From a virus, in the IMG/VR virus record IMGVR_UViG_3300043673_000021, positions 33,626 to 97,625 of that record: a DNA stretch of 64,000 nucleotides, one strand, 5' to 3'. Shown piece after piece: positions 58,701 to 64,000 of this stretch; the stretch's first letter is position 1; the number at the start of each line of letters is the position of its first letter. A program made the position numbers and the translations under genes. The notes under the pieces were generated by a model. That model saw only the letters and a program-made list of their open reading frames with translations. It made no database searches and was not told the origin of the DNA.

Positions 58701-60203
58701 TACGAACCACGGATCGGCAATGATGTCGTGGACGCCGTATGCCGTGCTGGTGACAGGCATGTCTCCGCCGCCAATCAGATGGTAAGTGGACATCCCCGTT
58801 ACTACGTTCCAGCCCGCGTTGTAGTCCATGCTGGTCACCGCCTGCGTGGCGTGGGTCGTGCCGGAGACGTCCTGCATCTGGTACCCTAGGTAATTCTGTT
58901 TATGAACGCAGAGCATGTTTCGGTAGACCGCGTACATATTAGCGAACGAAGTAGATGGTTCGCCAATATGACCGCAGGCCATCTGCACCCCGGCAATGAT
59001 TGTGTTGTTTTTTACGATCACTCCGGTTACGGAAACGCCGGATGACATAAGCTCAGAAGTCAAAGTGCCGGACGCAATCGTCAGGTTGTTGGTGACTATG
59101 GTTCCCGTATTAGGCACTACCATGTCTCCGGTGTCGTCTGGTAGGGAGTAGTCAGTCTCGAAAATATTACTAGTGACCGTTGTCCCAGTGTCAGCCATGC
59201 TCAGCATATGAGGATTGCCGCTGCAAGCGTAAAAATAGTTTCCGCTTATGACGCTAAGGCCAACGGTCATTGTGGTAGCGCCACCGAGAGCCCCGTTTGG
59301 AATGGTGCTACAGGGCTGCATGATGAAATTTCCAGTTATAGTGTTGGTCTGCGCTGCATCCTCAAACACCTGATACTTTGTAAGGTTTCCTGTTACCGTA
59401 TAACCCGACGCCGAGATGTTAAGAATACCGTCCGTCAAAACGTTGTTTGTAAACTGCCGCAGGTGCCCGCCTGTGGGGTTCACGCCAAAGAGTGAAACTT
59501 CATTCCCTACATGCAACGTATTTGTGAAAGTTACACCACTAATCACGTAATCGTCGGTCGCGTTGCCGTTGTTGCCGATATTAACTTGCCCACTTAGGTC
59601 AACAGCCCCAGCCCACACAATCGAACTCACATTACCGTTGCTGCGAAACGTACCGGCATACTGAGAAGCGCTGCCAAGGTGCGACCAATTCATATGGGGC
59701 CAGGTGATGTTATACCCAGACGCGAAGTCAATCCCCATGTCAACGAAACCAACGCCTAAACCTGTAGTCGAGATGGTTGAGGGGGCCAATGCAGTTGCGC
59801 TCGGGCCTGTCCAGGTGAGAATCCCAGTCGCCGTGTGGATAGAGAATAAATCGCCGCTGGACGCCGTGATAAAATTGACCGCCCCATTGTCAATGAACAA
59901 AACATTGCCAATCGTACCCATACTTCCATAGAGTTTTAATTGACCGCCTGGATCGATTATGAAAGTTCCACCTGTTATGATTAGGCCATCCCCAGAGCCA
60001 GAGCCACATGACAAGGGGAAGCCACTGCGAACTCTGATTGTGGCCGTTGAAACGACCGTGCATGTATCGCCATTACCGTGATTCGGCGCAACACCCCCAA
60101 CCCAGGAGCCACCCGCGTCTGCGTTGCCTCCGCTCGAGGTCGAGGTGATGCTGGCCGCAAAGCAGGAAGAGAGAGAAAGCGCGACAAGGATAGGAAGCTT
60201 CAC
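55626..60203 (-). CDS. Large beta-helix (pectin-lyase-like) fibre/adhesin protein with signal peptide
   Basis: Many xNNxI parallel beta-helix repeats, YYVD...GT..APF, LHPGDILYFRAGTY; N-terminal MKLPILVALSLSSCFA. Confidence 0.75.
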   Translation of the reverse strand: MKLPILVALSLSSCFAASITSTSSGGNADAGGSWVGGVAPNHGNGDTCTVVSTATIRVRSGFPLSCGSGSGDGLIITGGTFIIDPGGQLKLYGSMGTIGNVLFIDNGAVNFITASSGDLFSIHTATGILTWTGPSATALAPSTISTTGLGVGFVDMGIDFASGYNITWPHMNWSHLGSASQYAGTFRSNGNVSSIVWAGAVDLSGQVNIGNNGNATDDYVISGVTFTNTLHVGNEVSLFGVNPTGGHLRQFTNNVLTDGILNISASGYTVTGNLTKYQVFEDAAQTNTITGNFIMQPCSTIPNGALGGATTMTVGLSVISGNYFYACSGNPHMLSMADTGTTVTSNIFETDYSLPDDTGDMVVPNTGTIVTNNLTIASGTLTSELMSSGVSVTGVIVKNNTIIAGVQMACGHIGEPSTSFANMYAVYRNMLCVHKQNYLGYQMQDVSGTTHATQAVTSMDYNAGWNVVTGMSTYHLIGGGDMPVTSTAYGVHDIIADPWFVDGNRSLGSWGATLGCDGTGACALAELAKINDATGYNSAYNIAALLAFVKPGYYPTNPALRAAGSPTDGSPDLGAFAVVAANPTLTKSVNPGGTGYRVTFPGHYAVEIGSGDGPVGSPDPTLGQYKGIARLWDLKSDSTQQYSVCGLDTGCIWDKWDWTNHDTTDRYSGGGSTGPSPGTLTVLEDNNLRKRIKYHFVPIRFGTNTAVTDCCISVDQYFSMEAPDKIYRTTKFSYTGTDGQAPLVWGFPGGVGVEPILNGTWAFAGNLETIANNWSGGPNPCSGTSNFLPPSPSPWLWMWQDPPPNNVSNKTFLLYSSAGTSSFPASNDCISAGNPGLPTVGDVSHCAALNCIGGVVDYHVAMKTNMLLLAGPADTYVYPFGSTPQYFKGIRTEWDMNLPAPLSVGVDVYSHYLSMRVGDNGITSIATAQEQATEYHDIVAPTMTTGTVGTGADVTNGFDLLKGAYVMTATSGVSFTTHNIQHYPVFQVASWTAAVPGTITVGGVSKTLGTDYTATKLDSSTLLLQSLSASVADSTAWNIAQSGTCEATGGGVCYYVDTHSGAGTGTFAAPFGLPDLVNPSDYVPGAACQILHPGDILYFRAGTYPTLSTIAGGGGVNSYIAPVRDGGVGNRITMKPYPGESVTIAYAGTSTKELAPPLIGTLFSHILITGFILDASSTNAVSAEVTVSRLGAVGGSTTDVEFSYNKLIGGTITPPLTGDTDPNYQGVIVEAATNINVHHNEISGFNSTSGTNRLNATGIKVYSTTTSTFSDNWVHDNGQGIYDKSSSSFGSGNTYSRNWITANQIFQWSGTNQLNSVPFSAPPQVAFLNSNVIDGFIAPICCGTGGVLSDSTEIHNNLFRFNSGTSALMSWGGAANQVINLKVWNNIWVNSSTNCIMLSNDQQAFTGQPSAIFNLSDYNASTCAPSWLFSTGVTPQTFTMVGSTNSMQANALETHSFQSISTSSIFVDTVNYVVKSPYSINGRFGDTMGPLGIATATILNTSRYGPQLGFVGLSFLQGNFSGITQ

Positions 60204-61288
60204 TGGATGATTCTCCGACGCACTGCGCTAGTAGCTGATTGCTCGGAACTGACTGTGGCCCATGTCGAAGTCGACCCGTAGTTACCCCACTCTGCGGAGA
60301 CCTGGGCATCCGACATATTTAAACTCGATACGCGAAACTCATCTTCAAGACCTCCGAAAGGTTGGCCGAGGGCATGACTTGCTCCGAGGTTAAGGGATGT
60401 CGCGGTCAGGGTCTGTGCCGTAATGGCACCCGATACGACATTTACGCCATCAATATAAAGGGTTCCAGTTGTGCCAACTCCCTTTTGTACAATTTGGTGC
60501 CAGTTACTATTGGATGGAGTTGTAAAAGTGAGGAATGCAGAGTTGAAATAGGCGTTCGTTCCGCTTGAAACTTGCGTCAGCCATTGCGGAAAGTCGTCCG
60601 AACTCATTAGGGCTGCTGTCTGGCTGTTCAGCGTTGCCGACCACACCCATACTTCAGCCGTAAAGGTAGCCTGATTAAATGCGGGGAAAGCCACGTCCAC
60701 CACCCCCGCTCCTGGCAGCGAAATCGCCCCGCCCGTGATTCCCGTAGCGGATGCTACCCCCGCGCTTCCAAGATAAGTTCCGTTGTTGCCATTGGATGTC
60801 GAATCTGCCGTCGTGCAGGTTATTATGCAGCCGGAGTTGATGTCGGATAAGTGCGCCACCACAAAGTAAGCCGCAGGCCACACCTGAGATGCAGTGCCTC
60901 CCTGCCATGTGCTCGCAGATGAGTTGTAGCACTCCCAGATCACTAACCCGCTGGTGGCTGTTGGAATTCTGACATGCACAATACGCGCCCCGAGGGTTGT
61001 GGTGGGCAACTCGAATTGCCAACGAAGAGGCAAGGCACAGCCCGCGTCAGATGTAAAGATATCGTCCGCCGACACAGTCTGCCCGTCGTATTGAGTCGCC
61101 ATATGTTGAACTAACCCGTTCGGAGTAACGGCGAGGTGTGCATCTGTCCGGTTCACGAGGTACATGTAATCAGTGATGGTCGCTGCCAGTGTTGGCAGGG
61201 TGTGTGAAATACAATTGTGGAACCCGTTACCGCATGCACCGAACGCCGGCAAGCAACTCAGGAAAATCATCGCCAGTATAAGTCTCAT
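60200..61288 (-). CDS. LamG/ConA-like (DUF2341-associated) protein with signal peptide
   Basis: ADSTSNGNNGT, FTAEVWV, WHQIV, LYIDG, FGGLEDEFRVS; N-terminal MRLILAMIFLSCLPAFG. Confidence 0.8.
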   Translation of the reverse strand: MRLILAMIFLSCLPAFGACGNGFHNCISHTLPTLAATITDYMYLVNRTDAHLAVTPNGLVQHMATQYDGQTVSADDIFTSDAGCALPLRWQFELPTTTLGARIVHVRIPTATSGLVIWECYNSSASTWQGGTASQVWPAAYFVVAHLSDINSGCIITCTTADSTSNGNNGTYLGSAGVASATGITGGAISLPGAGVVDVAFPAFNQATFTAEVWVWSATLNSQTAALMSSDDFPQWLTQVSSGTNAYFNSAFLTFTTPSNSNWHQIVQKGVGTTGTLYIDGVNVVSGAITAQTLTATSLNLGASHALGQPFGGLEDEFRVSSLNMSDAQVSAEWGNYGSTSTWATVSSEQSATSAVRRRIIQ

Positions 61289-63750
61289 TAGTTGATCACC
61301 CCATAAACAAAGAGCTTGACGTCTTTAGTGGTCCCATTTGCCGTGCCAGATAAATCAACCTGGGAGTTTGCGGCAATGGCTGTGTTTGTCATCGATCCAG
61401 CCACGATGAAGCCAGCGCTACCCCCCGTACCGGAGACGCTTCCTGGCGCAACGCACGTAATCGTAAATAAGGTTGTGCCACCGATCTTTGCCGTCACGTT
61501 CTGACTACCAGCGTCCGAGATACACGTGGCCTCAACCAACGTCTTTGCGTTGGAGTCATTTACCGCCGCCGCGTGGTTGGTGAGGTCTGCGGTCACGAAA
61601 GCCGCCGTCGCATTCTCTGCGCCTACCTCATAACTTAGAACGTTGACGTTTTGGGATGGAGTCGAGTAGATTGAGAGCTTAATATCTTTTGTTGTTGCGT
61701 TGGCCGTGCCAGACAGGTCAAGTTGGGAATGCGCGGCGACGGCCGTATTCGTCATGGATGCCGCGATGATGTTTCCTGCGGAGCCACCAGTCCCAGAAAC
61801 ACTTCCTGGGGCTACACAGGTAATGCTGAATAGCGTCGTCGATCCGATCTTGGCGGTTACCGTCTGCGACCCAGCGTCGGAAATGCACGTCGCTGATGTA
61901 AGGGTTCTGGATATGGAATCGGTGACGGAGAAGGCGTGATTCGTAAGGTCGGCCGTCACAAAGGCAGCAGAGGCGTTCTCGGTGCCAACTTCGTAACCGG
62001 ATAACAGCACAGGTTTCGCTGCTGCCCTGCTCGTGTCGGTCGGATGCACGTGATCTGCGCGGGCTGCCGTGGTTCCTGTGCCGACCGCGCCTGATCCACT
62101 ATCGACAAGTGGGGTGGAACTCGATAGTACAACCCCGCTACCAACAGGCGTGACAGTACGAGTGCTGTCCATTATCGAAAACACGCCAGCATTATCAGCA
62201 TTGAAAAATATGACGTACCCATTGGTGACCGGAGTTGGAACACTGGCGACCGTGCGCCACAAGCCACCCGCGCCGAAGGCTGTTCCAGAATTGAAGCCGC
62301 CAGTGCAATTCATGACAGATCCAGCTGCAGTGCAGCCCGAGTCGGCAAGCGATCCACCACCAGCAGCAGACTGTACCGCCCCGGCTGAGCCAGCCGCCGA
62401 GCTTCCGCCACCCGCACCCAGCCGGAAGTTCGTTCCGTCATATGCGAAGATGTAGCCCGTTCCTGCGATTAGTGCGCCCGACGCGATATTAGTTGCGCCA
62501 TCGGCTGCTTTCAGGGTCTTCGCTCCGAGCCCATTGACGTTCAGAGTTGCGGTTCCTGTGTTCGTTGTCTGCGGGACGAAGGTAACGATCAAGCCCGCGA
62601 GCGTTGTGACTGTCGGGCTTGGACTCGGACAGGTGTAAGTCGTCGTGCTTCCGGTGGCGTCCACGCACAGTGCGTTATTGCCGCTGCCCGGGGTTCCTGC
62701 TCCAGTCGCCCCCACGGCCCCCGCCAGATTGATATTCCAGCTGGAAAAAGTGCCCGACCCGCTAACCGCATCAGCGATAAGCGCCAGCGACGTACCGCTA
62801 TATGAAACGAGGTTTCCTTCGACATACGCGCCTCCGCCGGTCGATGATACCCGAACCCTCGCCCCCACGGTATAGGCAAGTCCCGCTTGGGTAGTCAGGC
62901 TGATGCTGCCGGTGCCGATGGTGATGGAGGTGGCGGAGGTTGCCGCATAACCCGGCCCTATGGGACCGCTCGATCCCGCCAGCCCCACATTCCCTGAGGC
63001 ATTCAGATTCCAGTCTGCATGTGATCCTGAGCCGTTCGTGGTGTCGACTGTGATCACCAGCGTGCTCCCGCTATAGGAGGCGACAATGCCCTCCATGTAC
63101 TGCGTGGTGTCGGATGCCGACGATGCTCGCGCCCTGACGCCGGCAGAATATGCGAGTCCGGTCTGTGTGGCGAAGGTCTTAGACCCGGTGCCAATCGTTA
63201 GCGAGGTGGTCGACGTCGCCGCATAGCCGGGACCAGTTGAGCCGATCGCGCCTGCTGCCCCAGCAACCCCCGGCGTCCCCCACTGCAACACGACCGTCGT
63301 GGCCGCCGGAGAGCCAGTTCCGACCACCATGATGTCTACCAAGTCTCCCTGTGCGACTGTGAAGGAGTGCGTTAGATCTGAGCATGAAGTGGCCGGGTTG
63401 CTGATCGTGCAAGTGATCACCTGCGAAGAACTGTTCTTGCGCCACGTGAACGTCAACGTTGCGGACCCTCCCGGCGTCGTGCCGACAGTTGCCGAGAAAT
63501 TGGCGATCGGGCCAGCAATGACAGATGTCGCTTGGACCAAATTCTCGGTTGAATTGGCGAGCACGCCACCGCCCGGCGGCAGGAAGAACGTTCCGGCGTA
63601 GTTGGCTGATGGAGCGGAATAGGAGCCGCTGCTACCGCTAGATCCGGTGCCGCCAGTGTTGCAGCCAAAACACACGCCAAAGCCGCCGATCTGGCCAAGC
63701 AGCGACGGGCTTGCGAGCGCAAAAATGATTACAAGTTTCTTCATCGACAT
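61288..63750 (-). CDS. Gly/Ser/Thr-rich tail-fibre-like protein with internal repeats and signal peptide
   Basis: Short GxxGxxG runs, NTGTATLNVNGLGAK, AARADHVHP, two duplicated domains; N-terminal MKKLVIIFALASPSLLG. Confidence 0.75.
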   Translation of the reverse strand: MSMKKLVIIFALASPSLLGQIGGFGVCFGCNTGGTGSSGSSGSYSAPSANYAGTFFLPPGGGVLANSTENLVQATSVIAGPIANFSATVGTTPGGSATLTFTWRKNSSSQVITCTISNPATSCSDLTHSFTVAQGDLVDIMVVGTGSPAATTVVLQWGTPGVAGAAGAIGSTGPGYAATSTTSLTIGTGSKTFATQTGLAYSAGVRARASSASDTTQYMEGIVASYSGSTLVITVDTTNGSGSHADWNLNASGNVGLAGSSGPIGPGYAATSATSITIGTGSISLTTQAGLAYTVGARVRVSSTGGGAYVEGNLVSYSGTSLALIADAVSGSGTFSSWNINLAGAVGATGAGTPGSGNNALCVDATGSTTTYTCPSPSPTVTTLAGLIVTFVPQTTNTGTATLNVNGLGAKTLKAADGATNIASGALIAGTGYIFAYDGTNFRLGAGGGSSAAGSAGAVQSAAGGGSLADSGCTAAGSVMNCTGGFNSGTAFGAGGLWRTVASVPTPVTNGYVIFFNADNAGVFSIMDSTRTVTPVGSGVVLSSSTPLVDSGSGAVGTGTTAARADHVHPTDTSRAAAKPVLLSGYEVGTENASAAFVTADLTNHAFSVTDSISRTLTSATCISDAGSQTVTAKIGSTTLFSITCVAPGSVSGTGGSAGNIIAASMTNTAVAAHSQLDLSGTANATTKDIKLSIYSTPSQNVNVLSYEVGAENATAAFVTADLTNHAAAVNDSNAKTLVEATCISDAGSQNVTAKIGGTTLFTITCVAPGSVSGTGGSAGFIVAGSMTNTAIAANSQVDLSGTANGTTKDVKLFVYGVIN

Positions 63751-63813
63751 TTCCTTTTTGTGTGCTGCTGGAATTTCAGTTGGCGACTGCTGAATGCCAA
63801 GGTCGGGGGTTTT

Positions 63814-63999
63814 TCAAAAGATGATTGCCGGAGAGCTATTGCTGGTAGCGATTGCGGTCAGCGAAGACATTGTAGGCGGGCTGTTCTGGTTGGTGTAATT
63901 TTGGAGTATCCAGTCACCGGACCTAGCGACACTGGATACTCGCGCTTCGTCGTTGACAGAATTAGCAAACTCTGAAAAACCGTCATCCATGACGAAGAA
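63814..63999 (-). CDS. C-terminus of another LamG/DUF2341-like protein (partial)
   Basis: Manual translation ...NDEARVSSVARSGDWILQNYTNQNSP...PAIIF*. Confidence 0.7.
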   Translation of the reverse strand, partial: FFVMDDGFSEFANSVNDEARVSSVARSGDWILQNYTNQNSPPTMSSLTAIATSNSSPAIIF

Positions 64000-64000
64000 A

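Noticed and set aside
55626-64000. Diversity-generating retroelement acting on fibre genes
   Set aside because: No reverse transcriptase in the window, and the duplicated segments differ at all base types rather than at adenines only.

Overview
The whole window looks like phage DNA: about 64 kb of a large temperate tailed phage, with no host housekeeping genes. It is probably the excised form, because an intact attP-like site lies beside an internal integrase. The host may be an Acidobacteriota or similar diderm, inferred from a PEP-CTERM protein, the signal-peptide style and a RuvA-C-like domain. Layout from left to right: (1) terminase large (partial) and small subunits; (2) a serine recombinase and a plus-strand early island with DUF932; (3) a roughly 39 kb leftward operon with a nucleotidyltransferase, O-like replication protein with internal iterons, HNH nucleases, XF1762/Mom-like protein, SNF2-MTase fusion, VRR-NUC-like nuclease, DUF2303, a C5 methyltransferase locus and YqaJ-ERF-SMC-like recombination genes, interrupted by attP-int-xis; (4) a divergent ribbon-helix-helix switch; (5) a rightward block with a Rep-like gene, iterons, HicB/HicA-like pair and PEP-CTERM gene; (6) large tail-fibre/adhesin-like genes with Sec signal peptides. 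Best candidate for a new system: a split, multi-module C5 methyltransferase locus with two slippage tracts ((GACA)9 and G8), an overprinted beta-type subunit and two HNH genes, one of them fully overprinted in-frame. All family assignments come from reading motifs by eye; no database searches were run.
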